This document shows positions 50,849 through 63,507 of a stretch of DNA of 64,000 bases, one piece after another (within the stretch, counting starts at the first letter, position 1; each line of letters begins with the position of its first letter). The stretch comes from Scyliorhinus canicula (Eukaryota). The notes under the pieces were generated by a model that was not told where the DNA came from, did not search any database, and was given only the letters and a program-made list of their open reading frames with translations. The stretch covers positions 124,378,435-124,442,434 of the forward strand of contig NC_052147.1 of the NCBI RefSeq assembly GCF_902713615.1, in the 5' to 3' direction. Made by a program: the position numbers and the translations under genes.

Positions 50849-51319
50849 GGGGTGGAATTTTACAGCCCATCCTGCTGGTGAGGTTTTCCAGCCCCACCCA
50901 AGTCAATGGACTTTTGAATGGTTTGCTGCATTTTCTGGCCCCACCCCCACTCTGACAGCACTGCCAAATACCTGGTAGTCGCTCTGTTCACACAGTTTCC
51001 AGATCCCTGAAGCGGGCACAGTGCGGTTGCAGACTCCCAATGCCTCTGCAGTTTCTTCTGTACTGCAAACTGTCTTCCTGAAAACCTCTTCCCCATATCC
51101 TCCACCCTCACCTCCAGCAATAAGTGTGAGGTATTTGTGGTCTCCTTTGACACAAAGACGGGATTTTCTGCTCCCGCTGAAGGCGACCACTATGATGGGT
51201 TCCCCAGCGACAGGACAGGTGAAGCATGCAAAACGGCATAGACTTTGGCGGGATCTCACCATGGGCCAATGACATTTGCTGCCGGAAAACACATCGCAGG
51301 GAGGCCGGAAAATCCCGCC
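50849..51319. mobile_element. Diverged MITE
   Basis: GGGGTGGAATTTTAC ... GGAAAATCCCGCC termini. Confidence 0.6.
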
Positions 51320-51957
51320 TTCGATGTAAGACCATCCAAACAGATGTCTCTGCCTTGTCTCCCCCTTCCCCTTGCCCAATGAGCCAAACATCCTAAATTC
51401 CCCCTCTTCCCAAATCTTGAATCCACAATATTCTCTTATTCCCCCCCCCCCCCCCCCCCTCCCCCCCCCCCCCCCTCATGCTGACTCTGTTCTCATTTTG
51501 TTCATGAAAACCACCTCCTCTCCCTACTAACTTCTGAACACCCAATTTTGATTCCTGGTTCTCATATTAGCTGATACTCTTAATTATATTCTCTCTTCTA
51601 TCCTTCAAATCTGCCATCGATGCCATTCTTGAAACCCCATCTCTTGACCCAACCATTCTTGAAAACTACTGCGCCACCTCCAACCTCGTTTACTGTCCAA
51701 AGTCTTTGAATTTATTGCTCCAAAATCGGTGGTTATTATATCCAGAACCCCATGTTTGTATGTTCCCCAGTCACAGCACCGATATGTCTCTTATCAAAGT
51801 TTCAAGTGACATCCAACTTGACTGTGACAGAGGTAAAACATTCCTCCTCATCCTCCTTGTCTTGCCTAAAGCTTTTGATATGATTGACCACACCATTCTC
51901 CCTCAATGCCTCTGTACCATTGTCCAGCTGTGGGACTGACCTCAGCTGGTTCCTTTT

Positions 51958-52148
51958 TTGCACGGTGGCACAGTGGTTAGCACTGCTGCCTCACAGCACC
52001 AGAGACACGGGTTCGATTCCGACCCCGGGTGACTGTGTGGAGTTTGCATTTCCTCAGGCGCTCTGGTGGCCTCCCACAGTCCAAAGATGTGCAGGTTAGG
52101 ACTGGCCATGATAAATTGCCCCTAAGTGTCCAAAGTTTAGATGGGGTC
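51958..52148 (+). mobile_element. HE1-type V-SINE, partial
   Basis: gcacggtggcacagtggttagcactgctgcctcacagc...gggttcgattcc. Confidence 0.8.
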
Positions 52149-52729
52149 ACTGTCTTGAGTCCCCTCTCCAATCTCTGTTTCCTAACTAATAACTCCACCC
52201 GTCTCCCTGGCAACTGTCTGAACTTGAAGCAGACGCTTTATAATCTTGGGTGTCATATTTGTCCCTGAGATGAGTATCTGACCACATATTCCTGCCATCA
52301 CTAAGACTGCCTATTTCACCTCGATATTATCACCCAACTCCACCTCTGCCACAGCCCACCTGCCGCTGAAACCTCATCCTTTATTATCTCCGGATTTGAC
52401 GATTGCAATGCACTGCTGGCCAGCCTACCCTCTGTAAACTTGAGCTCATCCAAAGTTTTGCTGTCTTTGGATTTATTTGCACAAGGTTCCATTCACCCAT
52501 CACTATTGTCTTCACTGAGCTACATCGACTCCCAGGTAAGCAATGCCTCAATTTTAGTACTCTCTTCCTTGCTTTCAATTCCCTCCATGCCCCTTACTCC
52601 TCCCATATCTATAATCTCCTCCAGGCCACAACCCTCAGATATTTGCCCTCCTCTACTTTTGCACATTTGAGCATCCCCAATTTTAATTGCTCCACTATTC
52701 ATGGTTGTGCCTTCAGTTTCAAAGGCTAT

Positions 52730-53453
52730 GGGCGAAATTCTCCGACCCCCACGACGGGTCGGAGAATAGCGGGAGGGCCTTCCCGACATTTTTCCCGCCC
52801 TCCCGCTATTCTCCCCCCCGCCCGCCCAACTCCCGACACGAATCGCTGCCGCCGTTTTTTTACAGCTGGCAGCGATTCACAGCTGTTCGATGGGCCGAGT
52901 TCCCAGCCCTTTACGCTGTTTTTACGAACGGCAAACAGACCTGGTCTGGCCGTTCGTAAAAACGGCGGGAACAACTCGCTTTTTATAACCATGGCACCGA
53001 TTGGCACGGCAGTACCACGGCCGTGCCAAGGGTGCCATGGGCCCACGATCGGTGGGCACCGATCGCGGGCAGCGGGCCCGATGCCCGCGCACTATTTGTC
53101 CTTCCGCCGCCCCGCAGTATCCATTCGCGGGGCGGCTGAGGGGCATCCCGGCCCGCGCATGCGCGGGTTTCGCGCAAATACGCGATGACGTCATCCGCGC
53201 ATGCGCGGGTTGGAGTCTTCCAATCCGCGCATGCGCGGCTGACGTCATATGACGCGTCAGCCGGCGCTAACTCCGGCAAGCGGGCTTAACGAAATTCGTT
53301 AAGCCCGTGATGCCGGAGCTTGCGGCGTCGGGCTGCTAGCCCCGACCGGGGACCAGAATCGGTTCCCGGTCGGGAAGGGGGGGGGCTGGCGTCAAACCCG
53401 CCCGGGTTTGACGCCAGCCTTACGATTTCTCCCGTTTTGGGAGAATCGCGCCC
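52730..53453. mobile_element. Young CpG-rich MITE with multiple internal hairpins
   Basis: TIR GGGCGAAATTCTCC / GGAGAATCGCGCCC; internal inverted repeats; CpGs largely intact. Confidence 0.87.
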
Positions 53454-53582
53454 CTTAGCTCCAGAATTCTCACCCAAACTCCTCTTCCTCTCTTTCATCT
53501 TTTAAGGTGCTCCTTATATTTTTGGCCTATGTCCTTTTTGCTCCATGTTGAATCTTGCTTTATGACACCCCTATGACATGTT

Positions 53583-54252
53583 GGGCGGGATTCTCCGGCA
53601 TCCGGCGGGCGGGCCGTACCGGCGCCAGAGAGTGGTGAGAACCACTCCGGGGTCGGGCCGCCTGTAAGGTGCAGAATCCTCTGCACCTTCGGGGGCTAGG
53701 CCGGCGCTGGAGTGATTGGCCACCGCTGGCTGGCATGAGTTGGCGCATGCGCAGGATCGCCAGCGTGTTCCCAGAACCGCTGGTGTGATTCCTGTGCATG
53801 CGCAGGGAGTTTCTTCTCCGCGCCGGCCATGGCGGAGCTGTACAGCAGCCGGCGCAGAGGGAAAGAGTGCCTCCACGGCGCAGGCCTGCCCACAGATCGG
53901 TAGGCCCCGATCGTGGGCCAGGCCACCATGGTCCCCCCCACCCCCCGGGGCCAGTTCCCCCCACTCCCCCTCCCCCGAGGACTCCGCAGGCCACCCGCAG
54001 AGCCAGGTCCCAGCGGTACAAACCTTGTGTAATTTACGCCGGTGGGACAGGCCGAAAACGGATGGCCGCTCGGCCCATTGCAGAGCGGAGAATTGCCGAG
54101 CGGGGGCGCTGCCAACAGCCCCCGACCGGAGCAACACGATTCCCGCCCCCGCCAAAACAATGGCGCCGGAGAATTCGGCAGCCGGCGTCGTGGCAGGATT
54201 CACGCCCCCCCGGCGATTCTCCGGTCCGGCGGGGGGTCAGGGAATCCCGTCC
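53583..54252. mobile_element. GC-rich MITE
   Basis: TIR GGGCGGGATTCTCC / GGGAATCCCGTCC. Confidence 0.83.
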
Positions 54253-54964
54253 AATATGTTAAAGGCATGATATAAATACAAGTGGCAGTGCCAAGATGCC
54301 AATCTGACAGTGACAAGTTGCTCATGTTTCAGGGGGAGGGCCAGGTGGCCACCCTTCCCTATCCCTGACAACCCAGCCACCTCCAATGGCCTAGGAGACC
54401 GCCCAAGGTGCTGTGATGCCTGGTCCACGTTTGTCTGGACCATTATTAATTTGCACCTGCATGACCGCTCGCTGGGGACCCGGTTAGACTATTGGAGGCT
54501 GTTAGATCGGGGCTCCTTTCCGGTAATGGGTTGGAGATTGGCCTGAACTGGTGATTAATGGTTTCTCCACACGCCATGGCGGTATCCGGATGTCGCCAAC
54601 GGGAGTGGACTGGTTAGATCGAAACCAATCAGCACCTGGCGTGGTTCCCAATTTCGGACCCTCTGCGATCTAACCGGCTCACTCGGATTCACGCCCAGCG
54701 CGATGCAGCCATTGTATCGTGCCCCTTCTCTTAAATCTACCACCATATACTGATGTACTTGTAGATAGCCCATTGGTCACTCATATATGCCAGAGAATAC
54801 ACTTGTATTCTAGAGCTGGGAAGTATAAGTGGATGTATATTGTAATATTGAAATTTCCTGAAAGGGAAGATACAATCGAGCAAGGAAGGAGTGAGGAGCA
54901 ATGTCAAGAGTAGGCTGACCTTCAGAAATATTTGCATGGTTGAGTGCAATGGGTGAGAAAATAT

Positions 54965-55430
54965 GGGGTGGAATTCTCTGACCCTGAGGCTAAGTGTTAA
55001 CACCATTGGAAACGCCATCCCGTTTCTCGACGGCGTCAACATGGCCTGAGGATCAGCAATTCTGGCCCTACAGAAGGCCAGCATGGCAATGGAGCTGCCC
55101 ACGCCACTCCAGCTGCTGATCATGGCGTCAACTCGGTGCCGCGGGGTGCGCGCATGCGCAATGGCACCGCCGCCAACGTGCACGTGCGTGGCTCCCTTCT
55201 CTGCGCCGGCCCTGACGCAACATGGCGCAGGGCTAAAGGGGCCGGCGCGGAAGAAAGGAGGCCCCCAGCCCGAGAGGCCGGCCCTCCAATCGGTGGGCCC
55301 CGATCACGGGCCAGGCCACAATGGAGGCCCGGGGTCGATCCCCCCTCCCCCCCCCCCCCCCACAGGCCTCCCTTCAACGCTGAGGTCCTGCCGGCTAAGA
55401 GCAGATTAGAACAGCGGCGGTGGGACTCGG
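54965..55430. mobile_element. GC-rich MITE, one end missing
   Basis: GGGGTGGAATTCTC terminus; shared internal motifs (gcgcatgcgc, atcggtgggccccgatc). Confidence 0.7.
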
Positions 55431-57627
55431 TTCTTTTGTTACAGTTGGGAGGATGTCTTCTCCATTTAAAACAAAGCCGTGTATGGGACAGTATAATTAC
55501 AGCTTGAAGAGGAGGCAGTGAGCAAGTCCACCAGAATATCTGTTGGATGGTTGAAATGGAAGGACCAAAAGTAAACTTATAGTAAAAAAAAAAGACAGGA
55601 AGGAGGCTGTAAACAAAATATAAAAACTAAATGTAATTATAAAAAAAGTTGGATGATGACAAGAGAGGCCGAATGGACTGTAGAAATGTATTAATAACTC
55701 ATTCGGAAACCAGATGATTAAGTAGCAAATCAAACTCTAATCCTTTTACTTCATATTAATTTATTTACAGAATGCGGCATTACATATGTCTGCTTCCTCC
55801 TTCGCCAACACCCAGTTTCCCAGAAGTCCTTTATACTTTTGCTTCGTAAATTAGAATCAAATTAACAAATAATCAAATGATCAACCCCTTAAAGGGATAC
55901 TATAACTAAAACAAAACTACAAAGGAAACTTAATTTAATTGAAAATGTTTTGGGGAGCTGATGATGCACTCCAGCCCTTGTGGCACCCACTGGTTATGGC
56001 GGTCCTTCTCTATATGTGTTCAAGGGAGCTAATCAATCAATGTCCTTTACCTGTGTATCCTTAACCTTGAGAATACAATTAACATACCATTAATATATGG
56101 GAGTACTGGGTGAGTGAGTCTGGTAAAATAGCAAGGATAGATAGAAAAACCATTTTAAAAGCGTCACAGAATTTTTTTTTTATTTGTAAAGGAATTGATA
56201 AAGGTATGCTTGGAGATGGGGCAAAATTAAACAGAACAAGGAAGGTGAAGCGGATATATGCTAAAATGGTGAGTAGCGAGGAACTGTGAGAAGGAATAAC
56301 TTGTAACGCAATTTAAAAAATGCAAAAAACACTGAAATTAATTGACAGCAGAATGGACAAAGAAGGAAAATTAAATGAACTAGAAGATGTGGGAGAAAGT
56401 CTACAGGCTGTTTCAAAGGTTAGGAAAATGCAGAGTTTTAACAATATTGAGACAAAAAAATGAAATAAAAAACAGCAACTAAACTCCAGCAGAATTAATG
56501 GTATGGTCACAATGGGACCAACCGTTTGAAGCAGGAGGTAGTGGCAGATGCTACATCACGACAAGTGAAATTAGAGTTGACAACTGCAGTGTTAGGGGTA
56601 CCTAGTTACCTCCAGGATTTCCAATGCAGCTGTTTATTTAGGCAATTTCAATATTAAATGTTCACATTAAATAAGAAAAAAGGAAGTGAAAAATATACAC
56701 CAGCAATTTTTGAATAAATCTGAGTAATTTAAGTATTTAAAATATTGTACTTTCTGATAGCTCTTTCAGAGAGTCGGTGCAGACTCGAAGGGCAAAATGG
56801 CCTCCTTCTGCACTGTAGGGATTCTATGGAATCTGCAACGTTTCCACCGTTAATGAGGCTGTGTACTGAGGCATGACACTTGGATGTTTAATTTCTGTTT
56901 CTTACTGTTGAAGCAAATTATTTTAGGGATGCTGCAAAAACGTTTGCAAAATCCACTAATGGTGCATTAAACCACATTTGGCAGCACTTCTATCAGGTTT
57001 CCCAATGGATTTGATGGGACTGGGGAGCAAAGTGCCGTCTGGATTTGAAGTTAACAAGAATCAAATATCAACACTTTGACGTAGAAATTGAGTGGCATGA
57101 CAGCAATAAATGACACAACGATCAGAAGGTACAACATTTTAAATATTTAAAAAGATAATTTTTAAAATATACTGAAGGGTCAGATTATTGTAGGGTTGAA
57201 TTATAAATTTAGAACACTCTTTCAAGGGTGATAGAATTATCTACATTTTTGCAGAACAAAGCTGAGTACTGAAATATAAAACTGAAAGAATCTTCCAAAG
57301 GGAATGGGATTAGATCACAGGTATACATGTCTCTAACAGAGGACGCCGGAATCATCCTCTGTTCTTGTTTCAGATTCCAGTATCCGCAGTATTTTGCTTA
57401 TTTATACATGCCTTTTGGTTGATTTAGTTTGGCTGGAAGCTTTGTTAAATATTCAGGAGACTGCAACTGTTGTGAATAAATCCAAGAAGAAATTCTGAAC
57501 CTGATGAGAATGTGGAATTTGTTATCACACTGTGTAGCTGAGGCAAATAGCATAGATGCAATTAAAGGGCAACTAGCAAAGTGCGAGAAAGAGAGGACAA
57601 CAGCATCGGTTAATAAGGTGAGATCAT

Positions 57628-57815
57628 GGGCGGGATTCTCCCGTCCCCCAGCCCTGTGTTTCTCTGCGGCGTGTCGTTCAGTCTGCGGGATTCTGTGCTC
57701 CAGCCGCTTGTCAATCAGATTTCCCATTGAAGCCACCCCATGCCACTATAAAACCCATGTGCTGGGATGCGCTTCTGGCAGGAAAGAGAATTCCAATGGC
57801 CGGAGCATTCCAGCC
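57628..57815. mobile_element. Short MITE inserted in a CR1 3' relic
   Basis: GGGCGGGATTCTCC ... GGAGCATTCCAGCC; flanks encode RMWNLL...EANSIDAIKG. Confidence 0.75.
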
Positions 57816-58429
57816 AATATAAGGTGGAAGGAGTCTCATGTGGACCATAAAGTGTGGGCAAGGGCTTGTTGCACTGAATGACCTGTTAACATATTGCAAA
57901 TTTTACATACTGTACTGGTAATTTTGTTTGCAAAATAATTGTCAAACTCACCATCAATATCACATTTAAACAAAGCTTTATCCCTCAGACTTCCAAATGT
58001 AAAGATATCTTCCAGCAATTAGAATTGATCTTAAAAATAATACCACAAAATGATGCTACTGTACTATGTTGGTATGTTCCTTTCACAGGGACAATAAATA
58101 GATAAAGCGAGAGTGAGGAACATGGAGTGAAACTGACTGCATGTATTTTGCAGGACACAAAAATGTTGAAGGTCATTAATGAGTTTCCAGCTGCATTTAA
58201 TGGAATTTCTACAAAGAATACCAAATTTGGATTGCTCGGTGTTCTGCACGGAAATAAATGCCCAGAACCACGGTAATAAATTAGATCAAGCAAATTACCT
58301 TCGCTGCATTACCCTGTCACACCTGTATCTAATTTGCTTTGTAGTGACCCCATTAACGGGATGGTTTAGTTCAATTTGTGATAGTCAGATTTCAAAAAAT
58401 ATACTTTTCACATTTTCTTTATAACAAGT

Positions 58430-58670
58430 TTAGTAAGGACACGGGGAGTTGCCCCCCCCCCCCCCCCCCCCCCCATAAGATTAAATAACTTATTTACAGT
58501 TAAGTTATATACAATGTACCGGGTCTCTCTCATGTCGGTGCCTTACTAGCTAACCTTTTATACCTAGCCAAATGGAGTTCCCCTGCCCCTCAGTGGGGGA
58601 ATCTCGTACTCCATGAGAACCACAGGGAAGGTAATCATTCCCACCCCGTTAATCGCGTGCAGGAAACAAC
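58430..58670 (-). mobile_element. Possible solo LTR
   Basis: Minus strand begins TGTT, with a TATAAAA and a downstream AATAA; the other end is not resolved. Confidence 0.35.
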
Positions 58671-59099
58671 ACTAACGTTACATTTCTATTTATAAAATAT
58701 CCCAATGAATGAAAGGTAAATGTGTTCATTGCATTCAAAGGGGAAACATCTATCAACAAGTATCAATATTCACTACTTAATGATGCTACTTGGGATTTAA
58801 ACAGTATTCTCAATCACTGCTGGCAACTTGAAGAAGAACATCTTTACTGCAGCTGAAAGGTCGTAAACTGTGGCTTCACAGAGGCGTAAATAAAATGGCT
58901 GCCGAGCCAAAGGAGACTAGATCAGCAGTGACCTGAGTCAAAGAGATACGTTTTAAGGAGAAATCTGGAGAGGGATTTGGGGACTAAACTTCAGAAAGTA
59001 AGGTTAGAATTTGTGAAGCCAAATCTGGTGAAGGGGGGTTTGGTTGGGAAGTCAGGCGGGGTGGGAGGGGGGGGGGGGACGATTCATACTGGCCAAAGT

Positions 59100-60586
59100 T
59101 CGTCGTTCATATGGGGAGGGAAGGTGGCCAGAGTTAGAAAGGTGCTACTACAGAGGGGAAGGCAGGCAGGGGGTTTGGGTCTTCCGAAACTCATGTATTA
59201 CTACTGGGCAGCAAATGTGGAGAAGGTGTGGAGCTGGGTAAGAGGGGTTGATTCCCAGTGGATCAGAATGGAGGAGAGTTTGTGCAGGGGGTCGGGATTG
59301 AATGCATTAGCAACAGCACCACTCCCGATAGCCCCAGGGAAGTACTCAGGGAGTCCGGTAATAATAGCTTTATTGGGAATTTGGAGGCAGTTTCGCCAAC
59401 ATTTTGGGTTGGGGGCAGGGTCAAGGGAAATGCCAATTCGGGGGAACCACAGTTTTGAGCCAGGGAGGTGGGATGGAAATTTTCTGAAATTGGAGGAGAA
59501 GGGGATTAAGACACTAAAATATTTTTTTCTTAGGGTCGGTTTGCAGGATTGAAGGAGCTGGAAGCGAAGTATGGGCTGGAGCAGGGGGAAAATGTTTAGA
59601 TGCATCCAGGTTTGAGATTTGCCAGAAAGGAGACATAGAACTTCCCAGAGGAGCCAGACCCGCATTGCTAGAGGAGGTGCTGACGACAGGGGGACTGGAG
59701 AAGGGGGTAGTGTCAGCCGTCTACGGAGCTATTTTGGAAGAGGAGGAGGCACCACTGGAGGGGATCAAAGCAAAGTGGGAGGAAGACTTGGGAGAGGATA
59801 TGGAGGAGGGGTTCTGGTGTGAGGTGCTCCGGAGTGTGAATGCCTCCACCTCGTGCGCGAGGTTGGGGCTGTTACAGCTGAAGGTGGTATACAGAGCACA
59901 CCTCACAAGGATGAGCTGATTCTTTGAAGGAGTTGAAGATGTGTGTGAACGTTGCGGGGGGAGGCCCTGCTAATCACGCTCATATGTTTTAATCCTGTCC
60001 AAAGCTAGAGGATTACTGGAAGGAGGTTTATAGGGTAATTTCTAAAGTGGTGCACGTGAAACTGGACCCGGGTCCCCGGGAGTCCATATTCGGGGTGTTG
60101 GACCGGCCAGGGTTGGAAACGGGTGCGGAGGCAGATGTTGTAGCCTTCGCCTCGTTGATCGCCCGAAGGCGGATCCTGATGGGTTGGAGAGCAGCCTCTC
60201 CACCCTGTGCCCTGGCGTGGCGGGGGGACCTGTTGGAATTCTTGACTCTTGAGAAGGTTAAGTTTGAACTGAGGGAAGGAAAGAGGGGTTCTACAATTCA
60301 TGGGCATTATTCATTATGCACTTTCAAGAACTGGATAACATCGAACATTAGTTGGGGGGTGGGTGGGAGGGCTGGAGGGCGATGGGTGTAAATGGGGGCT
60401 GTGGGGGATTCCTGATTCCTTTTTGTCAGTTGTTTATGTGAACATGTGGGCGAATGTTTTGGGTTTGGTGGGAGGATGGGATCATTGTTATTGATATGGG
60501 GATTGACATATTTGTTACTGATTATTGTTTATTGTTGGTTGGTGTAAAAATGCGAAAAAGGAGAATAAAGAAATATTTTTTTTAAA
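59100..60586 (+). mobile_element. 5'-truncated L1-clade LINE (second subfamily), inserted in an L2-like relic
   Basis: SFIWGGK...GGLGLPKL.YYYWAA, zinc-knuckle region, AATAAA tail; TSD ctggcca(a/g)agt 59089-59099 / 60589-60599. Confidence 0.88.
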
Positions 60587-60744
60587 TGCTGGCCAGAGTC
60601 ACAGGAATGAAGAATTTGAGAGCAATTTTGCAGGGGTGGAGGTGGTTCTGGAAATGAATGAGAATGAGGCAATAAAAAAAATAAAACTAAGAGTTTTAAA
60701 TGTAAGTGTTCGGGGACCAGGAATCGCTGTACATAACCATTGTG

Positions 60745-61055
60745 TTAGCTTTGTCTCAGTGGTAGCACTGTTACCTCCAAGTCAGAAAATGAAAGGTTCA
60801 AATCTCGGTTGAGCACATAATGTCTTGCTGCAGTGATGATGGAATGCTACACTGTCAGAGGTGCCATCTTTTTCAGTGAAACAATAAACGGAGGTTCCGT
60901 TCCCGCCTGACCCCTCGTGGAGGTAAAAGATCTCACGGCATTTTTTTTTGGAGTAGAGTTCTCTTAAACATTTACCGCCAAACCAACATTACAAAAGCAA
61001 GTTGCCTGACTATTCATGCATCGATTGTGGGATCTTGCTATGCACAAAATATTAC
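60745..61055 (+). mobile_element. Deu-domain SINE (SacSINE1/AmnSINE1-like), diverged
   Basis: tRNA-like head, then gctacactgtcagaggtgccatcttt...taaacggagg...gtggaggtaaaagatctcacggca resembling the recalled Deu domain. Confidence 0.65.
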
Positions 61056-61549
61056 TGTGAACTGTATCTCCCTTGCCAACAGACAAAGAGTTTGCTGTTC
61101 TGTTCTTAGAACACACACATAATTTGTGACAGAAAATCCATACTGAGAATATTGTTGACAGTTTTTGTTTGAGACCTGCATGCAGTAGGACTTTACAGCG
61201 CCTTTTAAAAAGCAAACTGGTGTTTCTTCAGAATATATTTTATTTCACATCAGGTTGACTGCTCAGAGACTATTCTGTTTAAAGATGGCTAGTCAAATAT
61301 GGAGACATTAAGGAACAGAAACAAAATGAATTGTGGAGTCAGTTCTAAAATGGGGAAGGACTGTCATTTAAAAGTTCACATAACCTTTTTTCACACTTCA
61401 GCATCAATAGTATTTAAATTGGTTGCTGTCTCTTTCATTTCAACTCAAGCCATATATTTTATACCACTTCTTCAATCTGCAAAGTAACTGGTAACTATAT
61501 TTAATATAATGAACATTAAATGAATCACAGTAAAACTGGAATACACAGA

Positions 61550-61723
61550 GGGCGGGATTCTCTGGTCCTCCGGCCGCGTGTTACTCGGCCGGGTGCCGTT
61601 CGCTGGTGGCGGGATTCTATTCTCCCGCCGCTTGTCAATGGGATTTCCCAATGTAACCACCCCACGCCGCCGCGAAACCCACTAGCAGGTAAAGAGAATC
61701 CCGACGACCGGGGAATTCCGGCC
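61550..61723. mobile_element. Short Harbinger-type MITE
   Basis: GGGCGGGATTCTC ... GGAATTCCGGCC; central gtcaatgggatttcccaatg. Confidence 0.82.
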
Positions 61724-61788
61724 AGTAAATCAGTTAGACCCTGTAAAGAGAAAAGACAACTTACAACATTTTGGATGTGAATCCTTCA

Positions 61789-62730
61789 AGGAACAAAGAA
61801 CAGTACAGCACAGGAACAGGCCCTTTAGCCCTCCAAGTCTGCGGGATAAAGATGCCTGTCTAAACTAAAACCTTCTGCACTTCAGGGGTGGCTGTCCCTC
61901 TATTCCCATCCTATTCATGTATTTGTCAAGATGCCTCTTAAACGTTGATATCATATCTGCTTCCACCACCTCCCCCGACAGCGTTTTCCAGGTACTCACC
62001 ATCCTCTTGTGTAAAAAAAAACTTGACGCGCACATCTCGTCTAAACTTTCCCCCTTGCATCCTCGTAATTGACTTTTCCACCCTGGAAAAAAGCATCCGA
62101 CTATCCACTCTGTCCATGCCACTCATAATTTTGTAAACCTCTATCAGGTTGCCCCTCAAACTCCTTCATTCCAGTGAAAACCTTTCCGGTCTATCCAACC
62201 TCTCCTCATAGTTAATACCCTCCAGACCAGGCAACATCTTGGTAAACCTCTTCTGGACCCTCTCCAAAGCATCCACATTCTTCTGGGAGTGTAGCAACCA
62301 GAACTGTATGCAATATTCCAAATGTGGCCTCAGGTTCTGTATAGCTGCAGCATGACTTCCCAATATTTATACTTAATGCTCCAACCGATGAAGGCAAGCA
62401 TGCCGAATGCCTTCTTGACTACCTTATCCAGCTGCATGCCACTTTCAGTGATCTGTGGACCTGTACACCCAGATCTCTTTGCCTGTCAATACTTTGAAGG
62501 GTTCTACCATTTACTGTCTAATTCCCACCTGTATTCGACCTTCCAAAATGCATTATCTCACATTTGTCCGGATTAAACTCCATCTGCCATTTCACCGCCC
62601 AAGTCTCCAGCCGATTTATATCCTGCTTCATCCTTTGAAATCCTCTTCACTATCTGGAACCCTACCATTCTTTGTGTCATCCACAAACTTATTCATCAGA
62701 CCAGCTACATCTTCCTCCAAATTGTTATTA
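61789..62730 (-). mobile_element. 5'-truncated decayed CR1 LINE
   Basis: RPHLEYCIQFW, LERVQKRFTKMLPGL, RGNLIEVYKIM; tail ctgtgctgtactgttctttgttc. Confidence 0.9.
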
Positions 62731-63507
62731 TACATGTGTATATAAATTCATCAGATTTTACTGCAAAGAGTTGATTTCAGTTTTGTAATACCAATCTGGT
62801 TTGAATGGAACGCAGCATTGATTGGTCAATGTATTTAATAACAGTATCATCAGTTTTTACTCAATGAAAGAGAAAAACTGAAAAAGACTGTAAAATATGA
62901 GCAGTAATGTCAGCATGGTCCATTAGTACAAGTCAGTTTCATCTTGTACATGGAATAATAGGAATGACTACATGTCCAGGTACCAAAGTTTCCAAAGAAC
63001 TGAAGCCAAAACCTACTGGATATTGAAGGTGGGGAAGAGGGAGGAAAGGGAAACACTATTCAGTCATTCAGGCTGCTCTAGCAGCCCCCTCACCATACAG
63101 GGGTGTGACTGTCCAGGGAATAGTTGTACATCCAGCTGAGAACATTGCAAGTTAAAGGACGAGGAAATGGCTTAAAAAAATGGGTGGATGAAGATGATAT
63201 TAATCTTATTGATATTTACTAACGATCATATCTAAAATCACATAATTGCATCAAAGCCCGTAAATTTATGTGATACTATTTTAGTTTTGTCAATGACACG
63301 GATGTCAATTCTGCACACCAGTTCTTTCCAAATGTAGTGTCAATCTTTCAGTAAAAAGTAGAGTTTACATTCAATTGTAGTTCTGTATCTTGATCAAAAC
63401 TACAAGAAGTCTTGTTCTGATTGTCAGTCACAGTGGGTTATTCATGTTAACTTTATGAATTTCATCCAAGTAAAAATGCTAACATGGAATATTGAGGTGC
63501 CATAATT

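Larger units (their letters stand above)
51420..53580 (+). mobile_element. Decayed L2 LINE, interrupted by a SINE and a MITE
   Basis: LLILLVLPKAFDMIDHTIL (decayed LDLSAAFDTVDH); SPITIVFTELHRLP (LHWLP region). Confidence 0.72.

Noticed and set aside
52403-55507. Many overlapping 100-260 aa ORFs in several frames (also at 15916-16827 and 44208-44618)
   Set aside because: Stop-poor GC-rich MITE sequence; no recognisable domains.
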